Shown: positions 8,953 through 18,567 of the stretch, piece by piece
Position numbering within the stretch: position 1 is the first letter of the stretch
How the letters are laid out: every line of letters starts with the position of its first letter
Source of the DNA: Mycobacterium sp.
Lineage (GTDB): Bacteria; Actinomycetota; Actinomycetes; Mycobacteriales; Mycobacteriaceae
Strand: one strand, 5' to 3'
DNA length: 64,000 nucleotides
Assembly: GCA_049647605.1 (NCBI GenBank)
Contig: JBARXZ010000161.1
Position numbers and translations under genes: made by a program
Notes under the pieces: generated by a model
Databases searched by the model: none
The model's input: only the letters and a program-made list of their open reading frames with translations
Told to the model about the DNA's origin: nothing

Positions 8953-10647
8953 GTGATCATCGAATACCTTTCGTCGATCGGTGTCCGGCATGTGTTTGGC
9001 GTGGGTGGAGCCAACATCGAGGACCTGTACGACGCCGCGCACTTCCGCGACGACATCACCGCGGTCCTTGCCAAGCACGAGTTCGCCGCTGCCGCTATGG
9101 CTGATGGGTACAGCAGATCCGGTGCCGGGCTCGGGGTGGTGATGGCAACCTCGGGCGGGGCCTCGTTGAACTTGGTGCCGGGCCTGGGCGAGTCCTTGGC
9201 CAGTGGGGTCCCGGTCCTGGCATTGGTCGGTCAACCTCCCAGTGGCCAGGATGGGCACGGAAGCTTTCAGGACACCAGCGGTCGCAACGGTTCTCTGGAC
9301 GCGCATGCGCTCTTCTCGGCGGTGTCGCTGCACTGTGAGCGGGTGATCGATCCGGCTGACACCTTTGGTGCGCTGTCCCGGGCGGTTGCTGCCGCTCGTA
9401 CCGGCGGCCCGGCGGTTGTCCTGCTCCCCAAAGACATCCAGCAGAGCCGCCTGCGGCTCGATGACATGCTTGTCGACAGATCCGGCCACGCCACGGTCGA
9501 TCACGGTGCAGATCTCACGTTGCTCGCCGGAGAACTGGCCCGCGCTGTCGGCCGGGTGACGATCATCGCCGGTGAACAAGTGGGTCGAGACGACGCACGC
9601 GAGGACCTGGAGCGGCTTCGCGTTGCACTCGGCGCCGAACTCGCCACGGTTCCTGACGCCAAGGACGTCAGCAGATCCGCGACGCTCGGGGTCACTGGGG
9701 TCATGGGGCATCTGGGTGTGGCAGACGCGGTGCGACGAAGTCAGGTGTGCCTAGTGATCGGCACCCGGCTGGGGGCAACCGCGCGAGCAGGCCTCGATGA
9801 TGCGCTGGCAAGCGTGACCACCCTGTCGATAGGTGCCGAGGCGCCTTACATTTCCTGCCGCCACGCTCGATCGACCGATTTGCGGGTGTCGCTGAGCACA
9901 CTGACGGCTGCCCTGAGTGCCGCAGGTTCGGACCCACTGCCTGAGTTGTGGTCGTCCGTGCATCGCGGACCGGGCATCCGCTTGCCTGAGCTACGGCCGC
10001 CCGCGCATCGGGGGCCGGGCATCCGCTATCGGGAGGCGATGGCTGTCCTGGATCAGATGCTGCCCGACGACGTCGACATCGTTGTCGACGCGGGCAATAC
10101 CGGAGCCTCGGCAATCCACTATCTACCTGCCCGGCCGGACGGTCGATTTGTCGTCGCGCTGGGGATGGGTGGGATGGGGTACAGCTTCGGGGCTGCCATC
10201 GGCGTAGCGTTCGCCAGAGGCAGGAGAACCGTGGTGATCGCCGGCGACGGCTCGTTCTTCATGCACGGCATGGAGATTCATACAGCGTGTGAGTACCGGC
10301 TTCCGATCACCTTCGTGCTGTTCAACAACAACGCGCATGCCATGTGTGTCACCCGTGAACAGATCTTCTACGCCGATCAATACAGCTACAACAGGTTTCG
10401 GCCCAGCCGTCTCGGTGGTGGGCTCGCGGCGATGTTCCCCGGTCTGTCCGCCTTGGACATCTCTGAGATCAACCACCTGCCCGTCGCGCTCGAGGCTGCC
10501 TTGGATGTCGACGGACCTGCCGTGATCAGCGTCGAATGCTCGGCCGACGAGATCCCACCGTTCGCCCCGTTTCTGACCGAAACGAAACCCGCTGCACCTC
10601 AACGACAGAACAAGGAGAACCAGCACCATGTCACTGCCGGCGCTTGA
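8953..10647 (+). CDS. Thiamine-diphosphate-dependent enzyme (acetolactate-synthase-like carboligase/decarboxylase family)
   Basis: N-terminal Pyr domain (GVRHVFGVGGANIEDL.., MATSGGASLNLVPGL). C-terminal ThDP motif GDGSFFMHG..x..NNNAHAM. Confidence 0.85.
   Translation: MIIEYLSSIGVRHVFGVGGANIEDLYDAAHFRDDITAVLAKHEFAAAAMADGYSRSGAGLGVVMATSGGASLNLVPGLGESLASGVPVLALVGQPPSGQDGHGSFQDTSGRNGSLDAHALFSAVSLHCERVIDPADTFGALSRAVAAARTGGPAVVLLPKDIQQSRLRLDDMLVDRSGHATVDHGADLTLLAGELARAVGRVTIIAGEQVGRDDAREDLERLRVALGAELATVPDAKDVSRSATLGVTGVMGHLGVADAVRRSQVCLVIGTRLGATARAGLDDALASVTTLSIGAEAPYISCRHARSTDLRVSLSTLTAALSAAGSDPLPELWSSVHRGPGIRLPELRPPAHRGPGIRYREAMAVLDQMLPDDVDIVVDAGNTGASAIHYLPARPDGRFVVALGMGGMGYSFGAAIGVAFARGRRTVVIAGDGSFFMHGMEIHTACEYRLPITFVLFNNNAHAMCVTREQIFYADQYSYNRFRPSRLGGGLAAMFPGLSALDISEINHLPVALEAALDVDGPAVISVECSADEIPPFAPFLTETKPAAPQRQNKENQHHVTAGA
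9961..10027 (+). repeat. In-frame 22-nt direct repeat (20/22 identical), copies 45 nt apart, inside the ThDP enzyme gene
   Basis: catcgcggaccgggcatccgct (9961-9982) versus catcgggggccgggcatccgct (10006-10027). This encodes HRGPGIR twice. Confidence 0.7.
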
Positions 10648-11287
10648 CGATATCGTCCGACCCCTGGACGGGGTGACCAGAATCGAGACCAGCCCGCGAG
10701 AGCAGGCGACCCCGATCATCATGGAGATGATGCGGTCGGTGTACCCACACGAACAGGTGTACGGCGACTATTGCACCGTCAACGACTACATCGACTGCCC
10801 GCCCGATGAGCTCTTCGAATATCTATCGGACACCAGAAGTCTGGAGGAGTGGACCTACAGTCTGCGTGGATTCACCCCGACGGAGCAGCCGGGCCTCTGG
10901 CTGGCATATGACAGGCTGGGCACCGAGACGGAGATCTACACCCGCACGGTGGCCAACGCCGCTGCCCGCACCGTGGACTACCACTGTGCCTGGGATCAGG
11001 GCACCCATCTCTGGATGATCTACCTGATGCGCGTCGTCGACGCGCAGACGGTGCTCAACAAACCGGGCTCGGTGGTGTTGTGGACCAACTGCCGCCACCC
11101 GTTCTACGACCAAAACCCGTACCCGGAGACCGCGCCTGCCGGGCGGCCCGTGTGGGTCGGCGACTTCTGGGACATGTTCGGACCCGGGCATCTGTTGGAG
11201 TTGCAGAACCTCAAGGCCATTGCCGAGTACCGCCACCGCACCGGACTGCCGATCACGCCGGACTGGATGAAGAAGGATCCCGAATGA
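10628..11287 (+). CDS. Hypothetical protein, possibly SRPBCC/START-like fold
   Basis: RBS AAGGAG before ATG 10628. Overlaps the upstream stop by 20 nt. Its TGA overlaps the next ATG (ATGA at 11284). The fold assignment is only a guess from the sequence pattern. Confidence 0.6.
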   Translation: MSLPALDDIVRPLDGVTRIETSPREQATPIIMEMMRSVYPHEQVYGDYCTVNDYIDCPPDELFEYLSDTRSLEEWTYSLRGFTPTEQPGLWLAYDRLGTETEIYTRTVANAAARTVDYHCAWDQGTHLWMIYLMRVVDAQTVLNKPGSVVLWTNCRHPFYDQNPYPETAPAGRPVWVGDFWDMFGPGHLLELQNLKAIAEYRHRTGLPITPDWMKKDPE

Positions 11288-12297
11288 CCGCCGTCAGCCT
11301 CATGGACGTATCCACCTACCTACCCGCAAACAGGGTTCCCGCCCAGTACTACGCCGATTTCGCTGGAACCGACGACCTCCGGGAGAACCTGATGTTTCGG
11401 GCGCCGGAGTATCGCCATCACGTCGAGAAGGACTGGACCAACGTCGACATGGTGGAGCAGGCCGCCGCGGGTCTCCTGGGCCGCCACGGCGCAGACGTGT
11501 TGGCTGACGTAGACGTGTTACTCACGCATTCTCAGCTTCCGGATCTGCCCATCGTGGGTGCCGGCGGCGAAGTCGCCCACCGCCTTGGCATGCACCCCGA
11601 GTGGATCATCGATGTGCACAACGGCGGGTGCGCGGCATTTGTGTTGATGCTCAAACTTGCCCGGCAGATGCTTGCCGCCGGGGCAGGACGGACTGCACTG
11701 ATCGCTGTGGCGCAAACCTGTGCGGGGAAGGTGTTCGATCAATCGGAGGTTCGCAAGAAAGCGCAGTCCTCGGTGCCCGGCGACGGCGCGGCCGTGGGAT
11801 TGCTCAGAGTGTCCGACGAGTCGCCGATCCTGGATGTGGAGTGCCGATACTACGGTGAGTACGCGGGGGACATGACGCTGGCATCCGACCCGCCGCGGCA
11901 ATGGTGGCAGGCCGGCGCGGGCCAGGGGTACGTCAGTTTCAACGAAGCCAAGATCACCAAGGTGCTGTCGCGGGGAAACCGTTTGGTTCCCGAGGTCGCG
12001 CTGGCGGTCTGCGATCGCATCGGCGTCAAATCCAAAGACCTGGATCTGCTGGTGACCAACCAGCCCAACCGAGTCTTCCTGCGGAACTGGAATGAGGCGC
12101 TGGAACTTCCACGAGAGCGCCACCGTGACACGTTCCATGAATGTGGCAATCTCTTCGGCGTTGGCATCCCGGTGAACTTCGAGGCCGCTATCAACGACGG
12201 CCAGATCAAAGCCGGTGACACCGTGATGATGGCCGGATTCGCTCACGCCGGTGACTTCGCTGGGGCTGCCGCGATCCGTTGGGGTGGCCGACCATGA
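11284..12297 (+). CDS. KASIII (FabH)-like 3-oxoacyl-ACP synthase family protein, atypical active-site motif
   Basis: Thiolase-fold motifs HNGGCAAF (Cys codon 11629-11631) and ECGNLFGVGIP. The usual HQAN box reads TNQPN (12052-12066). Confidence 0.8.
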   Translation: MTAVSLMDVSTYLPANRVPAQYYADFAGTDDLRENLMFRAPEYRHHVEKDWTNVDMVEQAAAGLLGRHGADVLADVDVLLTHSQLPDLPIVGAGGEVAHRLGMHPEWIIDVHNGGCAAFVLMLKLARQMLAAGAGRTALIAVAQTCAGKVFDQSEVRKKAQSSVPGDGAAVGLLRVSDESPILDVECRYYGEYAGDMTLASDPPRQWWQAGAGQGYVSFNEAKITKVLSRGNRLVPEVALAVCDRIGVKSKDLDLLVTNQPNRVFLRNWNEALELPRERHRDTFHECGNLFGVGIPVNFEAAINDGQIKAGDTVMMAGFAHAGDFAGAAAIRWGGRP

Positions 12298-13325
12298 CGG
12301 GAGCGCTACACGCCATCAGCGACGCCGTTCCATCTCCTCAGCCGGTAGACCCGATGGCGTTGTCGCTCAACGAGAATCCGTACCCTCCACTTCCGTCGGT
12401 GCGCGCCGCCATCGTCGAGAGCATCGGTGCAGTCAACCGCTACCCGGAATTCCTTCCCGAACGGTTGCGTCGGGTCATCGCAGGACACGTCGGGGTCCGC
12501 AACGAGCAGGTGGTGATCGGCGCCGGTGCCACCGGTGTCGCCATGCAGGTACTGAACGCGGTGACCACCCCAGGTGACCGGATAGTCTTGGCGGAACCGA
12601 CATTTGATGGATATCCGATTCTCGCGCGGATGGCCCACCTGACATCTGTCGCGGTGCCGCTTGACCGTTGCGGTCACCATGACCTGGACATGATGGCCGA
12701 CGCCGCCACTCAGGCCAGGGTGCTGGTGTTGTGCCGGCCGCACAATCCGACTGGCACCATGGAGTCAGCCGCCAGCGTCCACCAATTCCTGTCGCGGGTG
12801 CCGAGAGACACCATTGTGTTGCTCGACGAAGCCTATATCGAGTTCGCTGCTCCGCAGCGCCGGCTGGAGACCCGGTACCTGATCAAGAAGTTCCCGAACG
12901 TCGTTGTCGTACGGACATTTTCGAAAGCCTACGGACTGGCGGGGATCCGCACCGGCTACGGCTTTTGCGGACTCGATCTGGCCCGGACCTTGTGGACGAT
13001 GCAGATGCCGTTCGGCGCGGCGATCACCAGTCTGGCGGCGGTGACAGCCTCGTACGAAGCCGAGAACCAACTGCAACGACGGGTTCGGGCGATTGCGGAT
13101 GAGCGGAGCTACCTGCGCTCTCGTCTGAGCGCACTCGGTGTCGTCAGCAGCGACTCACATGCCAACTTCGTCTATCTGCCCCAGCGCGGCCGGCCGTGGT
13201 CGGACGCTTTTGTCGACACGGATCTGCGCATCCGGTCCTACGCTGACGGTGGGGTCCGTATCACTGTCGGCGAACGCACTTCCAGCCGTGCGGTTCTACG
13301 GGCGATCACTGCTTCGTCGCGCTGA
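12294..13325 (+). CDS. Class I/II PLP-dependent aminotransferase (histidinol-phosphate aminotransferase-like)
   Basis: LSLNENPYPPLPSV, NRYPEF, HNPTG, DEAYIEF and TFSKAYGLAGIRTGY (PLP lysine motif). ATGA overlap with the upstream gene. Confidence 0.85.
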   Translation: MTGALHAISDAVPSPQPVDPMALSLNENPYPPLPSVRAAIVESIGAVNRYPEFLPERLRRVIAGHVGVRNEQVVIGAGATGVAMQVLNAVTTPGDRIVLAEPTFDGYPILARMAHLTSVAVPLDRCGHHDLDMMADAATQARVLVLCRPHNPTGTMESAASVHQFLSRVPRDTIVLLDEAYIEFAAPQRRLETRYLIKKFPNVVVVRTFSKAYGLAGIRTGYGFCGLDLARTLWTMQMPFGAAITSLAAVTASYEAENQLQRRVRAIADERSYLRSRLSALGVVSSDSHANFVYLPQRGRPWSDAFVDTDLRIRSYADGGVRITVGERTSSRAVLRAITASSR

Positions 13326-13337
13326 GTCCGCCATGCC

Positions 13338-13392
13338 ATCCCGCATCCGGTGGATTCCGGCGGACGGGCTACTTGTCCTCCGGATGCGGGAT
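13338..13392. terminator. Inverted repeat between convergent genes (13-bp stem, 29-nt loop)
   Basis: ATCCCGCATCCGG (13338-13350) pairs perfectly with CCGGATGCGGGAT (13380-13392). The large loop makes terminator function uncertain. Confidence 0.3.
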
Positions 13393-13456
13393 AGAGCATC
13401 GCCTCCTTCGCGGGAAGAGAGCCGCTGGACAAAGTCGGGGCGCCGACGTTTGTTGT

Positions 13457-14614
13457 CTAGCGCAGAACAGCTTCGATGATCGACAGGTGACTCGCCGTCG
13501 GAATCGCCCGGTTCACCCGGAATCCTGCTGTGTCCAGGAGCGTGTCGTACTGCGGCCGGGTGCGTTCATGCCCGCCGGCGAAGATCAGCATGTCGAGATC
13601 GAGGAACTTCGACAGGTGCGGCTTGTTGTTGGACGGTAGTACGGCTTCGATCAACAGAAGTGTCGCCGTGGGCGCCATGGTTTCCCGGATACGGCCCAGG
13701 ATCATCCGGGCATGGTCGTCATCCCAGTCATGGATGATGTGTTTGAGAACATAGAGATCCCCGCTCGGCGGCACTGTGTCGAAGAACGAACCGACTTCGA
13801 CATCACTCCGGTGACCGACCCCTGCTGCAACAAGATGCTCGCGGCTCTTCGCTTCCGTTGAGGGGATGTCGAAGAGCACACCGCGCGCTTCGGGCGCCGC
13901 TTTCAGTATCGCGGAAAGGAGCCGGCCATTTCCGCCGCCGACGTCCACTATCGAGCGTGCTCGCGAAAAGTCGTACGCGGCCAGTATCGGGGGGATGACC
14001 AGCGAACTGGTGCAGGACATCGCGTCATTGAATACCTTGGCCACCTCGGGCTCGTGACCGAGGCATTCGAACAACGTCATGCCATAGCTTGTTTCGATGC
14101 TGGACCGCCCCGTGCGTACAGAATCAGTGAGCCGACCCCAGTGTTCCCAGTACAGCGGGTGGCTGAGCAACAGGAGAAGCGGTCGCACCGACATCGGCGT
14201 GTCACTGCGCAGCGTCTGGGCGGTTGCGGTCAACTCGAACGTTCCGTCGGTCCTATGGACGAATATCGACTGCATGGCCAGTGCGCGCAGCAGTCGATGA
14301 GTTGCCGCGGGGTCGGCGCCGACACGGGCGGCAATCACCTCGGCGGTAAGTGGACCGTCTGAGAGAACGTCGGCAATTCCCAGCCTCGCGGCCGCATAGA
14401 TGGTCTGTGCGGTGGCGACTCCACCCATTGCCGCGTCGAGAATGCCGACTGGCGGCGGCACCATCTTGAAACTTGCTTTCCGGAGCCCGTTGCGGAGTGT
14501 TTCGACAGATCGCGCCAACCATACGGGCGGCACTCGCCCCGCAACCCCGGCCCCGAACTCGCGATGTGATGAAGGGGCGGAGTGGGGTCGAGAACGACTG
14601 TTGGGAAATGGCAT
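13457..14614 (-). CDS. Class I SAM-dependent O-methyltransferase (plant/bacterial small-molecule OMT family with dimerisation domain)
   Basis: SAM motif VDVGGGNGRLL and the tail LKHIIHDWDDD. ATG 14614 is preceded by GGAGGA at 7-nt spacing. Confidence 0.8.
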   Translation of the reverse strand: MPFPNSRSRPHSAPSSHREFGAGVAGRVPPVWLARSVETLRNGLRKASFKMVPPPVGILDAAMGGVATAQTIYAAARLGIADVLSDGPLTAEVIAARVGADPAATHRLLRALAMQSIFVHRTDGTFELTATAQTLRSDTPMSVRPLLLLLSHPLYWEHWGRLTDSVRTGRSSIETSYGMTLFECLGHEPEVAKVFNDAMSCTSSLVIPPILAAYDFSRARSIVDVGGGNGRLLSAILKAAPEARGVLFDIPSTEAKSREHLVAAGVGHRSDVEVGSFFDTVPPSGDLYVLKHIIHDWDDDHARMILGRIRETMAPTATLLLIEAVLPSNNKPHLSKFLDLDMLIFAGGHERTRPQYDTLLDTAGFRVNRAIPTASHLSIIEAVLR

Positions 14615-14728
14615 TCGTACATCCTCCGCTGGCGCTATGGTCTGAACTGCTGGCATAGGAGATAACACGCGCCACCTTGATTCCCTTCGCCACATGCTGA
14701 CGTCGCCACGACTGAAGGTTCGGGAAAC

Positions 14729-16990
14729 CTACCCGCGATTGCCGGTGGGTATTGCAGCGATGTCACCGCATTCGTTGAACCCGAACCTGTCATGGAGCCG
14801 AACCAAGATTCGAGGCGCCCACCAATTCCATGGGCCGAGCGCATGAATGAAGGCGGGCACCAGAATCATCCGCACCAAGGTGGCGTCGACGAGCACGGCC
14901 AACGTGAGGCCAACACCGAACATCCGCATGAAGGACACCTCCGCGGTGATCAACGCTGCGAACGAAATCGACATCACCAACGCTGCTGCAGTGATCACCC
15001 GGGCAGTGCGAGCCAATCCAACAGCAACGCTGTCGTCGTTGTCGTCACGGGTGCGACCGCTCTTGAGCCAGTGTTCGCGGATTCGCGACACGAGAAACAC
15101 CTCGTAGTCCATCGACAGGCCGAACGCGATGCAGAACAACAGCACCGGCACGTTGGCGACGAGGGTGCCGGTTGGCGTAGTGCCGAGGGCCCCCAGATGG
15201 CCATCCTGGAAGATCCACACCAGAGCCCCGAATGTGGCTGTCAGTGAGAGCGCATTCATCACAAGTGCTTTCAGAGGAAGCACGACGCTTCCGGTCAGCA
15301 TGAACAACAATGCGAACGTGACCATCCCGATGAACCCCAGCACCATGGGCAATCGTGACGTGATCGCTTTGACGCTGTCTCGGTTCACCCGCGCCACACC
15401 GGACATCTCGACATCACGACCGCCGGGGCCCGGCACGGCCTCGAGCCTGTCCAACTGGGCCTCGGAGGCATCGGAGAACAACGGAGCCGTGCTGCTCACG
15501 GTGAGGAAGACGCTGCCTCCAGCGGCACCCGTCGGTGCCGCTGGAGGACCCGACCAGTGCCCCCCGACAAACGTCCCAGACGGGGCTGCAACCATGGAAA
15601 CATCTGGCACCTGAGATAGTGCGACAGCGTAGCTATCAATGATCGTCGCCGGCAGCCCGTTGGCGTCGGGGACGACGACGGTCACCGAAGTGTCGGTATT
15701 GGCGGCGAACGAGGAGCGCAGATCGTTACCGACTTCGTGGGCGGACGCCGACGGTGGAAGCACCCGTTCGTCCGGGAAGCCCCATCTCACGCCGACAAAC
15801 GGCATTCCCAGCAGCACCAGCAACGTGGCTACGGCCAGACCGAGCGGAATCGCGCGGCGCATCACGAATCGCGCTGACCGGTGCCAGAACTGTTCATCGA
15901 GAGCCGTGGTCGCGGGCGCTGGCCGACGCAGCATTCGCCGCGCAAACATGCGTACGTCGAGCGAATCGACCCGGGTGCCCAGCAGCACCAGGGCTGCCGG
16001 TGTGACCACAATCGCCGCACCAGCAGAGAATGCCACCGTGGCGAGGCCGGCAAACGCGAACGATTTCAGAACGTACATCGGGAACAGCACCAAGGCGGCC
16101 ATCGACAACGCCACTGTTGTCGCGGAGAACACCACGGTGCGACCGGCGGTGATCATGGTCTGAACGAGCGCGCGCTCCGTGGTTCCACCATCGGCCAACT
16201 CGTCACGATACCTGCTGATGATCAGCAATGTGTAGTCGATTGCCAGTGCCAAACCCATTGCCGCGGAGAGGTTCAGCGCAAGTACCGAGACGTCGGTAAC
16301 GACAGTGATCAGTCGCAGTACCGACATCGATCCGACGATGGCCAGTGCGCCCACCACCATCGGCACAGCCGCGGCCAGCAGCCCGCCGAATATCCAGACC
16401 AGCACCAGAAAGCTCAATGGCACAGCGATGACTTCCATCAGCAACAGGTCACTCTGAGTCTGCTGATTGATCTGCGCGTACGTCATCGCTGAACCGCCGG
16501 CACGTACCTGGACGCCTTGGTATTCGGGAACAATGTCATCCGCAACGGTGTCGGACAGCGTTTGCGCATATCTCGGCGCGTCAGTCACGCCCCCGGCCAG
16601 CTCGGCGACAATCAATCCCGTGCCACCGTCCCTGCTGAACAGGTTGACCGCGGACGCCGGAGGGGACGTCCACGGCGACATCACGCTGGTCACATTTGGA
16701 TCGTTCTCCAGGAGGTCGACGATGTCCCGACCCGCGTTGCGAGCCACCGTGCCATCTGCACCGTTGTCCACGGTGAGGGTGAACATCAGTTGCATGTCGC
16801 TTCGGGAGAACTTGTCCTGGAGTAGCTGCTCAGCCCGCGCCGACTCCGAATTGGGATCTTGAAAGCCGCCTGAGGAGAGACTTTTCGCGACGGGCAGGCC
16901 AAAGATGGCCGCACCGATCATCACCGCAACCGAGAGGGCGACGACGCGCCGGGGAGCGGCGAGCGCCAGCAGCGCGATCCGGTGTAGCAC
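14729..16990 (-). CDS. MMPL-family (RND superfamily) transporter, short about 750-aa type
   Basis: Two blocks of multiple hydrophobic helices. MMPL motifs (..GLALAIDYTLLIISRY.., ..FGLSMDYEVFLVSRIRE..). Confidence 0.85.
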   Translation of the reverse strand: MLHRIALLALAAPRRVVALSVAVMIGAAIFGLPVAKSLSSGGFQDPNSESARAEQLLQDKFSRSDMQLMFTLTVDNGADGTVARNAGRDIVDLLENDPNVTSVMSPWTSPPASAVNLFSRDGGTGLIVAELAGGVTDAPRYAQTLSDTVADDIVPEYQGVQVRAGGSAMTYAQINQQTQSDLLLMEVIAVPLSFLVLVWIFGGLLAAAVPMVVGALAIVGSMSVLRLITVVTDVSVLALNLSAAMGLALAIDYTLLIISRYRDELADGGTTERALVQTMITAGRTVVFSATTVALSMAALVLFPMYVLKSFAFAGLATVAFSAGAAIVVTPAALVLLGTRVDSLDVRMFARRMLRRPAPATTALDEQFWHRSARFVMRRAIPLGLAVATLLVLLGMPFVGVRWGFPDERVLPPSASAHEVGNDLRSSFAANTDTSVTVVVPDANGLPATIIDSYAVALSQVPDVSMVAAPSGTFVGGHWSGPPAAPTGAAGGSVFLTVSSTAPLFSDASEAQLDRLEAVPGPGGRDVEMSGVARVNRDSVKAITSRLPMVLGFIGMVTFALLFMLTGSVVLPLKALVMNALSLTATFGALVWIFQDGHLGALGTTPTGTLVANVPVLLFCIAFGLSMDYEVFLVSRIREHWLKSGRTRDDNDDSVAVGLARTARVITAAALVMSISFAALITAEVSFMRMFGVGLTLAVLVDATLVRMILVPAFIHALGPWNWWAPRILVRLHDRFGFNECGDIAAIPTGNRG

Positions 16991-17290
16991 GATCCATCCC
17001 CTCCGCCCCTCGAGAACACCACAAAAAGCAGCGTGTAAGCGGTCCCGACCGAGTGGCGGCGGGGAGCAGCCTCGCCGCCGTCACTTAGGACAACAAGGCG
17101 AGGACCAGAAAGCTTCGGTTCCACAGCGGCGATGTGGGTGTCGCCATGTGATCACCAGCTGATCTGATTCAACAGGAGTTGGCACGCGCTGCCGACGTCA
17201 TCGCGATCCCTGGAGGAGGAAGTGCGGAATTGTCTGTCTCCGTGATTGTTACAGAACAAGACGATGACGGAGACTGCCGAACGCCATTGC

Positions 17291-17749
17291 TCAGCAGTCT
17301 CGGCCTCCTCTCAGCCGACCATTGCCCTGACACTCGTCCATGGTGCCGACGAACCGATAGCCACGGCCGCGAATCGTTCGGATGTAACGTTGCGATTCGC
17401 CGTCGTCGCCGAGGACTCGGCGCGCCATTTTGATGCGGCTGGTGAGAGCGGCCTCGCCCACGAAGCGACCTCCCCAGACACTGTCGAAGAGTTCAGTCTT
17501 GGTGACCAGGCGGTGGTGGTTGATCACCAAATGTGTCATGACATCGAATACCTGGGGCTCCATCGGAATCACGACCCCGTCGCTGCGCAGTTCGTAGCGC
17601 GCCACATCGAGGACAAACTCATCAAAATGCCACGCGCCCAGGTCAGTTGTGGACATTCCGGCCAAGAGCACAGTCACGTTGTTCCTTTCGAAGAGCTCGC
17701 TGTCGAGCCGGTCGACCGGTACGACGATCGCGGCCGCCGAAAGGTTCAT
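17291..17749 (-). CDS. Stand-alone OmpR/PhoB-type winged-helix DNA-binding protein (SARP/EmbR N-terminus-like)
   Basis: FDEFVLDVARYELRSDG..PMEPQVFDVMTHLV..VTKTELFDSVWG....LTSRIKMARRVLGDD..IRTIRGRGYRF. No receiver domain. Start uncertain. Confidence 0.65.
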   Translation of the reverse strand: MNLSAAAIVVPVDRLDSELFERNNVTVLLAGMSTTDLGAWHFDEFVLDVARYELRSDGVVIPMEPQVFDVMTHLVINHHRLVTKTELFDSVWGGRFVGEAALTSRIKMARRVLGDDGESQRYIRTIRGRGYRFVGTMDECQGNGRLRGGRDC

Positions 17750-18018
17750 TGAGGGTCAGATCCACGGGTGAGGCAGGAGTTACAGCCAGTGGGTGAGGGC
17801 TTATCGGACGCGTCGACCTGCCCGGGTGTAACACTCGATCGTGGCCATCACAAAGGCTCCGCTGCCACGGCCGGAGATGCCCCGGACCGAAGAGTTGAAC
17901 CGTTCTGCGTGTTTGACGATCTGATACATCATCACTCCATGCAACAAGGGGGGCGGTCCTTCTCAGCCATGAACGCAGCCGAGACCCGTGCACACGCACA
18001 ACACCACGTGTCAGTCCG

Positions 18019-18567
18019 GTGTGGATGACTCGTCGCGATGCGGAATCACCGCGAGGCGGCGGGCATGTCGACGAACTCCTCATCAGGATTCATGAAGAGC
18101 ACTCCCAGGCGCTTCTTCGGTATGTGCTGCGGCTGACTCGAGGAGACCGGGAACTCGCCGAGGATGTCGTTCAGGAAGCCCTGCTGCGCTTGTGGCAGAA
18201 ACCCAGCCTCCTGACCACACAGTCCAGCGAGTCCGTGCGGGCATGGCTCCACACCGTGGCCCGCAACCTGGTGATCGATGACCGACGCAGCTCGCGCTAC
18301 AAGCGTGAGCTACAGACCGACAGCGTCCCCGAACAGCACGCGCCAGACAGTCTCGGGCCGGCAGTCGACAAGTGGGTGGTGGCCGAGGCGCTTCGCGCGT
18401 TGAGCCCGGAACATCGCGCAGTGCTGGTACGGGTGCACTACCTGGGTCAAACCGCGGTCGAGGTCGCTCGGCAGGAACACATTCCGCCAGGCACCGTGAA
18501 ATCTCGTCTGCACTATGCACTTCGGGCGCTGCGCGTCGCCCTGGAAGAAAGGGGAGTGGCCCAATGA
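18019..18567 (+). CDS. ECF-type RNA polymerase sigma factor
   Basis: AEDVVQEALLRLWQ, WLHTVARNLVIDDRR and region 4 TAVEVARQEHIPPGTVKSRLHYALRAL. Its stop overlaps the next ATG (ATGA at 18564). Confidence 0.85.
   Translation: MWMTRRDAESPRGGGHVDELLIRIHEEHSQALLRYVLRLTRGDRELAEDVVQEALLRLWQKPSLLTTQSSESVRAWLHTVARNLVIDDRRSSRYKRELQTDSVPEQHAPDSLGPAVDKWVVAEALRALSPEHRAVLVRVHYLGQTAVEVARQEHIPPGTVKSRLHYALRALRVALEERGVAQ

Noticed and set aside
8728-9711. 327-aa ORF antisense to the ThDP enzyme gene. Comparable antisense ORFs lie at 11518-12246, 10123-10722, 35492-36175, 41813-42589, 43308-43970, 44351-45466 and 47862-49007.
   Set aside because: The opposite strand carries confidently recognisable enzymes. These translations lack motifs and are compositionally biased, so they are GC-rich shadow frames.
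11080-11283. N-terminal extension of the KASIII ORF. The same issue applies to the long 5' extensions of the ORFs at 18372, 20554, 31435, 44042 and 44959.
   Set aside because: The extensions overlap upstream genes or lack homology. Internal starts with an RBS or ATGA/GTGA coupling give canonical protein lengths and N-termini.
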